DNA of 64,000 nt from Thermoplasmata archaeon (lineage in GTDB: Archaea > Thermoplasmatota > Thermoplasmata > Lutacidiplasmatales > UBA184): the NCBI GenBank assembly GCA_030038095.1, contig JASHPK010000060.1:24799-88798 (forward strand). Direction: 5' to 3'. The notes beneath the pieces were generated by a model. It worked only from the letters and a program-made list of their open reading frames with translations. It ran no database searches and had not been told where the DNA came from. Below are positions 44,577 through 54,208 of this stretch, in pieces; positions within the stretch are counted from its first letter, which is position 1, and each line of letters opens with the position of its first letter. Position numbers and translations under genes: made by a program.

Positions 44577-46627
44577 GCCCGAAGGCGTCGGGACCGGCGC
44601 CGTCGGCCCCTCTCCCGGGCCGCTTCGAGCTGGAGACCGACCTCGTGCCCCAAGGCGATCAGCCCCAGGCGATCGAGGAGATCGTCCGTCGCGTGGAACT
44701 CGGCGAGAAGTACGTCACCCTGCTCGGCGTCACGGGGAGCGGAAAGACGTTCACGATGGCCCACGCGGTCGCGCGGCTCCAGCGACCGACCCTCGTGATC
44801 AGTCCGAACAAGACGCTCGCCGCCCAGCTCGTGAGCGAGTTCCGAGCGCTCTTCCCGAGGAACGCGGTCGAGTACTTCGTGAGCTACTACGACTACTACC
44901 AGCCCGAAGCGTACGTCCCGCAGATCGACCTGTACATCGAGAAGGACGCGTCGATCAACGAGGAGATCGATCGACTCCGCCATCGGGCGACGCAGGCGCT
45001 GCTCACGCGGCGAGACGTCCTGATCGTCGCTTCCGTGAGCTGCATCTACGGTCTCGGCTCGCCCGAGGACTATCGCTCGTCGGTGGTCGAGCTCGCGGTC
45101 GGCCAAGCGAGCGGCCGACAGGGCCTCCTCGAGCAGCTCGTCCGGATGAAGTACCGGCGCAACGACGTCGAGCTCAAGCGCGGCCGCTTTCGCGTGCGTG
45201 GCGGGACGATCGACGTGATGGGGGCCGGGGAGACCGTGCACCGCATCCTCCTCGACGGAAGCACGATCGCGGCCATCGTGGAGCTCGATCCGGTGACGTT
45301 CGAGGAGCGGCGGGAGCTCCGCGACCTCTCGATCTTCCCGGCGACGCACTTTTTGACCGTCGACGAGCGGCTGCGCGCGATCCTCTCGGAGATCGAGCGG
45401 GAGCGGGACGTCCGCGTCGCGGAGTTCCAGCGGGCCGAGAAGATCGTGGAGGCCCAGCGCCTGAAGGGGCGCGTCGACTACGACCTCGAGATGATCCGCG
45501 AGACCGGCTACTGCTCGGGGATCGAGAACTACGCCCGGTACTTCGCGGGCCGCAAGGCGGGGGAGCCTCCCTACACGCTCCTCGACTTCTTTCCGAAGGA
45601 CTACCTCGCCTTCCTCGACGAATCCCACGTCACGATCCCGCAGCTGCAGGGGATGTACAAGGGGGACAAGGCGCGCAAGGACAATCTCGTCGAGTTCGGA
45701 TGGCGACTGCCCTCCTGCCGCGACAACCGGCCGCTCAAGTTCACCGAGTTCCTCGAGCATGTGCCCGAGGCGGTCTTCGTTTCGGCGACGCCGGGCCCGT
45801 TCGAGCGGAAGGCCTCGAAGGGGGTGGTGGAGCAGATCATCCGGCCGACGGGCCTCGTCGACCCGCCGATCGAGGTGCGGCCGCTCAAGGGGCACATCGC
45901 CGACCTGATCGGAGAGCTCCGGGCGTGCGTCGAGCGGGGCGACCGGGCCCTCGTCACCACCCTCACGAAGGCGACGAGCGAGGAGCTCGCGAACTACCTC
46001 GCGAACGTCGGCCTCAACGTGCGGTACCTCCACTCCGAGGTCGAGACGCTGAAGCGCGTCGAGATCCTGCGCGACCTGCGCCTCGGCCGGTTCGACATCC
46101 TGGTCGGGATCAATCTGTTGCGCGAGGGGCTCGATCTCCCCGAGGTGAGCTTCGTCGCGATCTTGGACGCCGACAAGGAGGGGTACCTCCGCAGCGAGAC
46201 CTCGATCGTCCAGACCGCGGGCCGCGCGAGCCGCAACGAGCGGGGCAAGGTCGTGCTGTACGCCGACCGGACCACCGGCTCGATGCAACGGGCGATCGCG
46301 GAGATGGCCCGGCGCCGTTCCGCGCAGGTCGAGTTCAACCGGGTCCACGGGATCGTGCCCGAGAGCGTCCGCAAGGAGGTCCGGGCCCTCCTCGGCCCCG
46401 AGGAGGAGGCGCCGTCGGGCGAGCTCAGCAGTTCGGGCCTCGGCAAGTACTGGAAGGACCGGATGCCGCTCCTCTTCGCGAACCTCGAGGAGGAGATGCG
46501 CCTCGCCGCCGAGCGGCTCGACTTCGAGGAGGCGGCGCGGATCCGGGACCGCCTCCGGGACCTTCGGCGCGGGACGGACGGCGGCCGCCCGGTCCGCGGG
46601 GTGCGCGCCGCCGCCTCGGGTTCGTGA
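44573..46627 (+). CDS. uvrB: Excinuclease ABC subunit UvrB
   Basis: PQGDQP, GVTGSGKT, YFVSYYDYYQPEAY, DESH, EQIIRPTG, GINLLREGLD, C-terminal UVR domain. Confidence 0.97.
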   Translation: MSPKASGPAPSAPLPGRFELETDLVPQGDQPQAIEEIVRRVELGEKYVTLLGVTGSGKTFTMAHAVARLQRPTLVISPNKTLAAQLVSEFRALFPRNAVEYFVSYYDYYQPEAYVPQIDLYIEKDASINEEIDRLRHRATQALLTRRDVLIVASVSCIYGLGSPEDYRSSVVELAVGQASGRQGLLEQLVRMKYRRNDVELKRGRFRVRGGTIDVMGAGETVHRILLDGSTIAAIVELDPVTFEERRELRDLSIFPATHFLTVDERLRAILSEIERERDVRVAEFQRAEKIVEAQRLKGRVDYDLEMIRETGYCSGIENYARYFAGRKAGEPPYTLLDFFPKDYLAFLDESHVTIPQLQGMYKGDKARKDNLVEFGWRLPSCRDNRPLKFTEFLEHVPEAVFVSATPGPFERKASKGVVEQIIRPTGLVDPPIEVRPLKGHIADLIGELRACVERGDRALVTTLTKATSEELANYLANVGLNVRYLHSEVETLKRVEILRDLRLGRFDILVGINLLREGLDLPEVSFVAILDADKEGYLRSETSIVQTAGRASRNERGKVVLYADRTTGSMQRAIAEMARRRSAQVEFNRVHGIVPESVRKEVRALLGPEEEAPSGELSSSGLGKYWKDRMPLLFANLEEEMRLAAERLDFEEAARIRDRLRDLRRGTDGGRPVRGVRAAASGS

Positions 46628-46673
46628 CGGGCGCACCTCCCGCTCTTGTAGGCGAGAGGTCCATCGGGGCGCC

Positions 46674-47555
46674 GTGCCCCCGGTTCGTGCCTCGGCCGCA
46701 CCGTCCGCGACCGGACTCGGGGCCCTCCGACGGATCGGCGCGGTGAGCGACCTCCTCTTCCTCTACGAGTGCACCACCCGCGACGTGGGGCAGCTCCGGG
46801 CGATCGCGGCACCCCTCGGTCTTACGGTCCAGGCGGCCTCCCACACGTTCCGGGGCCTCGCGCGACGCGGCCTCGTCGAACTGCGCGACGGCCGATACCG
46901 TCCCACCGTGGCCGGAGTCGCGTGGATGCACGCGACGCTCGGCGGACTCGAGCGAGACCTTGCCGATCGGCTCGAGCGCCTCCACATCGTCCGGACCACC
47001 CGGGCGATCGCGCGGGCGCGCATCGAGCCCGGGGCGCCGGTCGTGCTCCGGTTCGAGGAGGGCTCGCTCACGGCCCGACCGGGCACCTCGGGACCCTCAC
47101 GGGGCACCGCGCGGTCCGCCGCGCGTCCGGGCGAGCTGGTCGAGGTGGCCGAGCTCGAGGGCATCGTCCCGATCCAACGGGGCTCGGTGCGACTCGCCGT
47201 CCTCCCCGCGGAGGGCTCGACCGACCCGTCGCTCGAGCGGGCGATCGCGGCGGCGTTCGGGCGGGGAACGTATGGGCTGCTCGCCGCCCAGGGTCTCGAA
47301 GCGGCCCACCTGATGCGCCGCGCCTTCCCGAACCGGCCGATCGCCCGCTTCGGGGTGGCCGCGGCGGTCGACGAAGCCTCGAGGCTCGGCCTCGATTGCG
47401 CGCTCGTCGTGGTCGACCATGAGCTACCCCGATTCTTGGCCCAGCTGGAGGGTCCGGATCGGGTGGCGATCGACTTCGTCCCCCTACACCGGGGGGGCCG
47501 GCGGGGTCGGACCCGAAGCCGATCGTCCCGCGAGCCATCCGATCGCGGCTCCTGA
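46674..47555 (+). CDS. MarR-like wHTH transcriptional regulator (archaeal COG1497-like)
   Basis: IAAPLGLTVQAAS HTH, Y..T..G wing, GLEA and FGV..A.EA..GL in the C-terminal domain. Confidence 0.75.
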   Translation: MPPVRASAAPSATGLGALRRIGAVSDLLFLYECTTRDVGQLRAIAAPLGLTVQAASHTFRGLARRGLVELRDGRYRPTVAGVAWMHATLGGLERDLADRLERLHIVRTTRAIARARIEPGAPVVLRFEEGSLTARPGTSGPSRGTARSAARPGELVEVAELEGIVPIQRGSVRLAVLPAEGSTDPSLERAIAAAFGRGTYGLLAAQGLEAAHLMRRAFPNRPIARFGVAAAVDEASRLGLDCALVVVDHELPRFLAQLEGPDRVAIDFVPLHRGGRRGRTRSRSSREPSDRGS

Positions 47556-48794
47556 GTCCGCGACGACCGTGGCCCCGGCGGCGATGAGTCGGGAACGGGC
47601 CGTCGCTCCCCGTCCGTCCGCGTAGTCCCAGCGCGCGCCGCGAGCCGGGTCGATGAGAAGGATCGGCCGCCGGGACGCCCAAGGGACGAGGTGCTCCAGG
47701 TTCGCGACGTTGCTCGGGCCGACCGGGAACGGGGCGATCACGATCGCGTCCGCGAGCTCGAGCAGCGCGTCGAGGTGCCCGAGAGCCTCCCCGCCGATCG
47801 GTGCGAACGGCAGTTCGAAGGCCGCCGGCACGCCGAGCTCGCGCGCGAGCTCGGAGTCGGTGTCGAAGAGGGGAAGGACCCCGGCCGATAGGTCCCAGCC
47901 GTGTTCCATCACGGCGCGGAGGAGACCGGCACCTGACCCGCCTCCCCCCACCACGTGGACCCGGAACGGTCGGGCCCGCCCCGGTGGCGGTCGGAGGGGA
48001 GGGGCGGGAAGCTGCGGGATCAGGTAGGGGAGGCCGCTGCGCGGGTCCTGCCGCAGCTCGGCGACGACCCCCCAGATCGCGGCCAGGAGCTCGGGCGAGA
48101 GTACCTCCTCCGGCGGTCCGACCGACCGTAGCCGGCCGTGCGCGAGGACGGCGACGCGATCGGTGAAGCGCGCCGCGAGGTTGAGGTCGTGCAGGGCGAC
48201 GAGCACGGCCCGCTGATGGCGCCGAGCATGCGAGCGAACGCGCTCGAGAACCTCGAGTTGGTGGCCGACGTCCAGGTGGGCCGTCGGCTCATCGAGCAGG
48301 AGGACGGGGGTGTCCTGGGCGAGCGCTCGGGCGAGCCGGGCCCGCTGGCGCTCTCCGCCCGAGAGCTCGTGGATCCCCCGGTTCGCGAACGCGGTCAGGT
48401 CGACCTCCTCGAGGGCCTTTGCGATGACCCGGTCGTCCTCGGGAGTGCTCCCGGACCAACGGGCTAGGTGGGCGTACCTCCCGTACTCCACATAGTCCGA
48501 GACGGGAACGTTGTCCCCCGGGGGTTCTTCTTGGGGCATCCAGGCCACGCGCCGCGCGCGCTCGATCGGCCGGAGACCCGCGAGTGGCCGGCCGAGCACG
48601 CGGACCTCACCCCGTACCTGAGCGAGCTCGGTCGCGACGGCCCGGATCAAGGTGGACTTCCCGGAACCGTTCGGGCCGGCCAGCCCGAGGACCTCGCCCG
48701 GCGGGACCTCGAGCGAGACCTCGCTGAGCGCCACCTGATCGCCGTAGCGCACGGTCAGCCGTTCGACCTCGAGTCCGACCCCGTCCCCCACCAT
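47484..48794 (-). CDS. Iron-chelate/cobalamin ABC transporter ATPase with C-terminal extension
   Basis: GPNGSGKST, LSGGERQR, LLDEPT.HLD, HDLNLA; extra VHVVGGGGSG domain. Confidence 0.9.
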   Translation of the reverse strand: MVGDGVGLEVERLTVRYGDQVALSEVSLEVPPGEVLGLAGPNGSGKSTLIRAVATELAQVRGEVRVLGRPLAGLRPIERARRVAWMPQEEPPGDNVPVSDYVEYGRYAHLARWSGSTPEDDRVIAKALEEVDLTAFANRGIHELSGGERQRARLARALAQDTPVLLLDEPTAHLDVGHQLEVLERVRSHARRHQRAVLVALHDLNLAARFTDRVAVLAHGRLRSVGPPEEVLSPELLAAIWGVVAELRQDPRSGLPYLIPQLPAPPLRPPPGRARPFRVHVVGGGGSGAGLLRAVMEHGWDLSAGVLPLFDTDSELARELGVPAAFELPFAPIGGEALGHLDALLELADAIVIAPFPVGPSNVANLEHLVPWASRRPILLIDPARGARWDYADGRGATARSRLIAAGATVVADSGAAIGWLAGRSASGPTPPAPPV

Positions 48795-49909
48795 TACCGC
48801 GTCCTCGACTTGGGTCGGTACAGCAGATAGAGGAAGAACGGGACCCCGGCGAACGAGGTCGGGATCCCGACGGGCAGGAAGACCTGGGGGATCACGAGCT
48901 GGGCGAGGTCACCGGCACCGAGCAGGAAGACCGCCCCGAAGAGGGCGGACAGGGGGAGCACTCGACGATAATCGGGTCCCACCAGGAGGCGGACCACGTG
49001 AGGCGAGACCAGCCCGACGAAGCCGATGACCCCCGTGAAGGCGACCGCGACCGCGGTCACGAGCGTCGAAAGGAGGATCAGCCGCCGGGTGGTGCGCCGG
49101 GCCTCGACCCCGACGCTCTCCGCGACTTCGGGGCCGAGCTGCAGAACGTTCAGCTCCCGTCCGTAGAGGACGAGGAGCGATCCTCCGATGAGGAGCGCGG
49201 CGGCGAGGAGACCGACTCGCGTCCAGGTCTGGTCCTGGAGGTTGCCGAGCAGCCAGAAGCTGACTTGGAGCCCGCCGGAAGGGTTGAGGAAGAGGAACAT
49301 GGCGAGGATCGCGGAGAAGAGCGCGCTGAGGGCGACGCCGGTGAGCACGAGCGACTCGGGGCTCGAGGCGAACCGGCGCGCGGCGACGTACACGACCATT
49401 CCGGGGACGATCGCCCCGAGGAAGGCGAAGAGCGGCAGGAGGGCCGACTGATCGGCGAGGGCGACCTGGAACGTGAACAGGATCGACGCCCCCATCGCGG
49501 CCCCCGAGGAGAGCCCGAGCAGGAACGGATCGCAGAGGGGGTTGCGGAAGGTGCCCTGGAGGGTCCCGCCCGAGAGCGCGAGCGCGGCGCCGCAGAGCAG
49601 CGCGACGAGGATCGTCGGAATGCGGGCATCCCAGACGATCTCCGTCCAGATCGTGCACTCGGTGCCGCTCGGGGCCATCCCCCCACATGGGCTCCCGAGG
49701 AGACCTCCGCTCCCCTGATGGAGGAGGATCGCGAAGACCGCGAGCGGCGGCAACCAGTGGGAGCCGACCAGCGAGGAAACTCCGACCAGTATCAGGAGAA
49801 CCGCGCACAGGGCGAGCGCGACGAGGGCCGCCCGGCTCCGAGAAGATCCGGCCGAGGGAAGGAGGTCGCCCGGGGGGGCGCGATCCCCGGCATCGACCAT
49901 GGTCGCCAC
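48794..49909 (-). CDS. FecCD/BtuC-family ABC permease
   Basis: RIP, RNPLCDP..LG.SSGA, FWLLG, A.SVGV EAA loop, IGFVGLVSPH, PVG. Confidence 0.92.
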   Translation of the reverse strand: MATMVDAGDRAPPGDLLPSAGSSRSRAALVALALCAVLLILVGVSSLVGSHWLPPLAVFAILLHQGSGGLLGSPCGGMAPSGTECTIWTEIVWDARIPTILVALLCGAALALSGGTLQGTFRNPLCDPFLLGLSSGAAMGASILFTFQVALADQSALLPLFAFLGAIVPGMVVYVAARRFASSPESLVLTGVALSALFSAILAMFLFLNPSGGLQVSFWLLGNLQDQTWTRVGLLAAALLIGGSLLVLYGRELNVLQLGPEVAESVGVEARRTTRRLILLSTLVTAVAVAFTGVIGFVGLVSPHVVRLLVGPDYRRVLPLSALFGAVFLLGAGDLAQLVIPQVFLPVGIPTSFAGVPFFLYLLYRPKSRTR

Positions 49910-50980
49910 TCAGGGCGGGTATCCCGGGGGCACCGAGACCAGCGTCGGATGGAGGTCATGGAGAATCCAGGGAAGGGCGAGGATCATGGTCGGATCCGCC
50001 TCGGTGAGGAGGGTCTCGTCGACCGGGATCTTCGTCCCGTTGAGCTGGCTCCAGTACGGTGCCTGGCTCGCCCACACGGCGGGCGTCTGGCCCGAGACCA
50101 GGTACGGGTCGTTCCAGCTCGTCCCGAAGAGGATCACCTGGGGCTGATCGAGGAGAACGGCCGAGGCGTTCAGTCCCGCATATTCGAGCGGAAGGCCGGC
50201 CGAGATGCTCGCCCCGCCCGAGAGATCCACCAGCGACTGGCCGAACGTTCCGGGACCGTAGGTGTAGTACTCCCCCGGATAGAAGTAGTAGGTGAGGAGG
50301 ACGCTCGGGATCGGGGTCCCGTTGTCCGAGAGATTCGTGTCGAAGTTCGTGGCGTCCGTGAGGGTGAGCTCGAGCGACGCCTCGAGCGAAGTCGCGAGCG
50401 ACCCGCTGGAGGGGAACATCTCCGCCAAGAGGCGTACGTCCCCCACGATGCCCTCGAGGGTGGACGGCGCGAGGATCACCACCGGCAGGCCGTACGTCGA
50501 GACCAGCGTGTTCACGTCGCTCACCGAGGTGATCGTCGAGGCAAGGACAATTTGTGGATTCAGCAGCGCGACCCCGGACGTATCGAGCGACGGATAGTCG
50601 GTCACGCACAGGGACGAGGAGAGGTTCCAGAGGGTCGTCTGGTTGGGCGAGTATTCGTTCGCCATCCCCCCGGTGATCCCGACCGTGCAGCCGATCCCGA
50701 CTACCCGATCGCGCAACCCGAGTCGGTACACGATATCCATCACCGAGGGAGCGAGAACGACGATGCGCGAAGCATTGAGCGGTACCGTCACGGTCCGGCC
50801 GAGGTCATCGACGACCGTGACGTCCCCCGGCCCGGAGGAACGGGACGTCGGGCGGAGTTCGAAGTAGACCGTCGTCGCCGCGACCGCGACCCCGGCGGTG
50901 ACCAGGACGATCACCGCGAAGAGGGCGAAGGGCACGGAACGGCGCGGAGGGGTCGAAGCCGGGGGTGGGTTCAACGACAT
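49910..50980 (-). CDS. BtuF/FecB-type substrate-binding protein (N-terminal anchor)
   Basis: VVDDLGRTV, RIVVLAPS, LGL.DRVVG, LNPQIVL. Confidence 0.88.
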   Translation of the reverse strand: MSLNPPPASTPPRRSVPFALFAVIVLVTAGVAVAATTVYFELRPTSRSSGPGDVTVVDDLGRTVTVPLNASRIVVLAPSVMDIVYRLGLRDRVVGIGCTVGITGGMANEYSPNQTTLWNLSSSLCVTDYPSLDTSGVALLNPQIVLASTITSVSDVNTLVSTYGLPVVILAPSTLEGIVGDVRLLAEMFPSSGSLATSLEASLELTLTDATNFDTNLSDNGTPIPSVLLTYYFYPGEYYTYGPGTFGQSLVDLSGGASISAGLPLEYAGLNASAVLLDQPQVILFGTSWNDPYLVSGQTPAVWASQAPYWSQLNGTKIPVDETLLTEADPTMILALPWILHDLHPTLVSVPPGYPP

Positions 50981-51086
50981 TAGTCCGCAGACAAACACTG
51001 TTGAGCATAAAGTTGTCCGTCCGGACCGGGCCGCCCGGCGTGCCTATCGCAAACCATATCCCCCCGTGGGTTCCCCCGACCTCGGA

Positions 51087-51250
51087 GGGAGCATAGGCTA
51101 ATCTGGCAGACCAGCGGGCTCCAGTCAGGGCGACCTCGGGTCCCCTGAGAACGAATTGGGTCTGCGGAGGGGCGCGCCCGCGCCCCCGTGACGAGTGACT
51201 GGAGCGCGCGGAGAGACCCGCATATCGGGGTTCAAATCCCCGTGCTCCCA
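51087..51250 (+). tRNA. trnW: tRNA-Trp(CCA) with a 91-nt intron at 37/38 (51125-51215)
   Basis: Acceptor GGGAGCA/TGCTCCC, anticodon arm GCGGG-CTCCAG^A-CCCGC, T arm CGGGG-TTCAAAT-CCCCG; BHB central helix CTCC/GGAG; CCA end not encoded. Confidence 0.96.
51125..51215 (+). ncRNA. Intron-encoded box C/D guide RNA targeting tRNA-Trp
   Basis: Guides GGGTCT (51158-51163) and TGACTGGAGC (51196-51205) are complementary to the host pre-tRNA; boxes CGGA (51165, 51209) and GTGACGA (51188). Confidence 0.85.
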
Positions 51251-51370
51251 TCCCCCTCCTCGTCCGCCGAGCCGGCTCGCCCGTTCGTCCGCGCGAGGTC
51301 CGAGGACCGAAGGCTCATCTCCTCGCGAACGGTGCCGCCCCGAGCCCCCTCGATCGAGGGGGTCGCTGCG

Positions 51371-51775
51371 ATGCCGCTCGAGTACGTCGGGATTCGCGTG
51401 CGGGACCTCGACCGCTCGAAGCGATTCTATGTCGAGGGACTGGGACTCCGGGCGGGTGCGACCGGCCGGATGGCGGCGGGAGGAGTATGGCTGGAGCTTC
51501 AGGACCCCGAGACCGGGGCCATTCTCGAGCTGAACTACTACCCCGGGGAGCCTCCCTATCGGGAAGGCGACGAGCTCGACCACCTCGGGTTCCGCGTCGA
51601 CGATCTGGAGGCGGCCATTGCGCGACTCACCGGTCTCGGGGCCAAGGTGCGCATCCCTCCGTTCCTCGAAGGGAACGAGCGGCTCGTCTTCCTCGCCGAT
51701 CCCGACGGGGTCTGGGTCGAGCTGTGGGAGCGGGTGGCGGACGACGTCCCGCCGACCTCGCGCGCCGGCGCCTGA
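51371..51775 (+). CDS. VOC/glyoxalase family protein
   Basis: IRVRDLDRSKRFY, LELNY, HLGFRVDD, FLADPDG.WVEL. Confidence 0.9.
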   Translation: MPLEYVGIRVRDLDRSKRFYVEGLGLRAGATGRMAAGGVWLELQDPETGAILELNYYPGEPPYREGDELDHLGFRVDDLEAAIARLTGLGAKVRIPPFLEGNERLVFLADPDGVWVELWERVADDVPPTSRAGA

Positions 51776-51840
51776 GCGGCTGACTTCCCGGTCGAGCGAC
51801 GGGGATAAGAGGTGCGGTCCGTCATGCCCGCCCGTCGCCT

Positions 51841-53583
51841 GTGGCTTCTTCGAGCGAGACGCCGAATCCGCCGACGGCCGTGCCAGAGGTTCCGCGGCAG
51901 GCGCTCTCCCTCACCCTGAGCTCGGGCGCCGTCTTCGCGGTCGCGCTGATCATCCAGATCATCGGGTTCATCGGCAGCACGCTCTTCCTGAGCAAGCACG
52001 TCGGGATCACCGAGCAGGGCCAGGCGCTGATCGGGACGGCCCAGCTGTTCCTCCTCATCGCGTCGTCGATCAACGGCATCGGCGACCTGCGGCTCGGTAC
52101 CGCGTACACGTTCTTCCTCGCGCGAGGCAAACCCGCCTCGGACAACACCTGGACCTACCTCATCGTGCGGATGGGGATGGTCGGAGCCGCCGGCCTCATC
52201 CTCTACGTACTCGCGCCGATCTCGCTCGGCGGCAAGGCGCTCGTCTCCGACCCGGCGTACCTCGGCTCCTTCGGGCTGTTCATGCTCCTCCCGCTCGTCT
52301 GGTCGTTCTCGACGGTCTACCAGAACCTCTTCATCGGCCAGGGGAACTCGCTGAAGGCCCAGTATCCCAGCCTCGTGGAGGCAATCGCGCGCCTTCCGCT
52401 CCTCATCTACGTCACCTACTACGATCCGACCGTCCAGGCCATCACGGTCGCGTACGCGATCGGCGCGAGTACCTCGATGATCTACAGCCTCCCGGCGATT
52501 CTGAAGTCGCGCGGGAAGGTCAAGACCCGGGAGGCGACGAACCTGTTCAAGTTCGCCTGGCCCTTGATGGCGAGCCTCCTGATCAACTACGTGGTGACGA
52601 ACATGGTCCCGTTCGTCATCGCGTTCCTCGGGCCCGCGGCGCTGAGCCAGTTCCTGATCGCGAACGGGTTCCGGATCCTGGTACTCTCGGTGCCGGCGGC
52701 CGTCACGACGCCGCTCTTTCCCTACCTGGCCGGATTGCACAAGCAAGAACGGTACGAGGCGTTGCGTCGGGGGACGTGGCAGGCCCTCCGCTACTCCGCG
52801 ATGATCCTCGTTCCCGGGGTCGTCGCCCTCGTCACGTACCGGTACAACTTCCTGAACGTGCTCGGCAACGCCCGCTACGCCGCGGCCGCCTCCCTCCCGC
52901 TCGCGATCCTCGCGATCGGCGCCCTCCCGCTCGCGCTGAGCCAGATCATCCAGTCGAGCATCAACGCGATCGGCCGCCAGCGGCTCGAGCTCTACATCAC
53001 CACCACGCAGATCCTGGTGCTCTTCGCGGGGGTCTACCTCATCATGCCGCCCTGGGCCCCCTTCCCGATCTACCCCGGGCTCGTCGCGGGATCGGTCGCG
53101 ATCCTCGCTTCCTCCGTGGCAGCCTTCGGCCTGAACACGTACTTCATGGAGACCCTGATCCGCGTCCACATCCATCCTCGCTCGATCGTCGCAATCATCG
53201 GGAGCGCCGCCGGTTCGTTCTTCGCTCTCTGGCTGATCAACCATCTCCACTTCTTCCCCGTGAGCACCTGGTACCAGCTCCTCACCGCCGTCCTCACCGG
53301 GTTCGTGGTCTACTTCGTGGTGCTCGCCCTCGTGGGGGAGCTCACCCGAGACGACGTCGATCGGATCGGGAGCTCGATCGGGCTCCCCCGGTGGCTCTAC
53401 CGTTCCGTCGGCCAGATCTGCTGGAGAGTCCACTCGCCGGACGTGACCCCGGTCGACCTCGCGACCGCGCCCGGGCTCCGGCCGCTCGCCCTCCCCGAGA
53501 CGTTCACGGGGGTGCCCGAGCGCCCCACGAGCCCGCTCCCGGACGAGGTCCCGCCGGAGGAGACGTCGGACGCGGAGGAGTGA
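51841..53583 (+). CDS. Oligosaccharide flippase (Wzx-like), second copy
   Basis: About 14 TM segments, DLRLG.A, PLFPYLA. Confidence 0.8.
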   Translation: MASSSETPNPPTAVPEVPRQALSLTLSSGAVFAVALIIQIIGFIGSTLFLSKHVGITEQGQALIGTAQLFLLIASSINGIGDLRLGTAYTFFLARGKPASDNTWTYLIVRMGMVGAAGLILYVLAPISLGGKALVSDPAYLGSFGLFMLLPLVWSFSTVYQNLFIGQGNSLKAQYPSLVEAIARLPLLIYVTYYDPTVQAITVAYAIGASTSMIYSLPAILKSRGKVKTREATNLFKFAWPLMASLLINYVVTNMVPFVIAFLGPAALSQFLIANGFRILVLSVPAAVTTPLFPYLAGLHKQERYEALRRGTWQALRYSAMILVPGVVALVTYRYNFLNVLGNARYAAAASLPLAILAIGALPLALSQIIQSSINAIGRQRLELYITTTQILVLFAGVYLIMPPWAPFPIYPGLVAGSVAILASSVAAFGLNTYFMETLIRVHIHPRSIVAIIGSAAGSFFALWLINHLHFFPVSTWYQLLTAVLTGFVVYFVVLALVGELTRDDVDRIGSSIGLPRWLYRSVGQICWRVHSPDVTPVDLATAPGLRPLALPETFTGVPERPTSPLPDEVPPEETSDAEE

Positions 53584-53724
53584 GGCGGCGCACCGTCTCG
53601 CGAGATTGTCTTTCGTCTCGCTACGAGCGAGGGACGCCGGGAAAACCCTGCTAGGGCATCGCATTGTCGCTACGCGAGCGTCACAGGGCTTAAAGTCCGG
53701 GGCGGGGTCGTTAGGGCGAAGCGG

Positions 53725-54126
53725 ATGACCATGGTGCACGTCGAGGTGAGCCCGGCCGCGCTCGAGCAGGTGAAGACACTGATCCGCGGCCAGAAGCCGG
53801 AGATGGGCGTGCGGGTCTACGCCCAATCGGGAGGCCACTCCGGTTGCGGGTGCGGGGGCGGCAGCCACGTCCAGTTCGGCCTCGCGTTCGCGAAGCCTCG
53901 CCCCGATGATGAGGTGCTGCGGGTCGACGGCTTTGCCCTTCTGGTCGATCCCTCGAGCACCAAGTTCGTGGACGGTGCGGTGATCGATTACGTCGAGAAC
54001 CTGAACGAGTCCGGCTTCAAGATCACGAATCCAACCCTCCCCGAGCCGGACGCGGCGGGCCTTTCCGGCGGATGCGGCTCGTGCGGTTCGAGCTCGGCGA
54101 ACGGCGGCGGCTGCGGGTGCGGCTAG
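53725..54126 (+). CDS. A-type Fe-S carrier (HesB/IscA/SufA family)
   Basis: SPAA, GVRVY..SGG..GCGC, VDPSS.KFVDGAVIDY, GFKITNP, CGSC; CTTAAAG promoter at 53689-53695. Confidence 0.9.
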   Translation: MTMVHVEVSPAALEQVKTLIRGQKPEMGVRVYAQSGGHSGCGCGGGSHVQFGLAFAKPRPDDEVLRVDGFALLVDPSSTKFVDGAVIDYVENLNESGFKITNPTLPEPDAAGLSGGCGSCGSSSANGGGCGCG

Positions 54127-54208
54127 CGACCGATTTCGCGGTCTCCGCTGCCCTCTCCTCGTGCGAGGGGGGTCGCGCTAAGTACGGCGCCCCCTCTCGG
54201 GCGCCCTC

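Noticed and set aside
51251-51800. Integrated element at the tRNA-Trp 3' end
   Set aside because: No integrase, no repeated tRNA 3' fragment seen, and no compositional shift downstream
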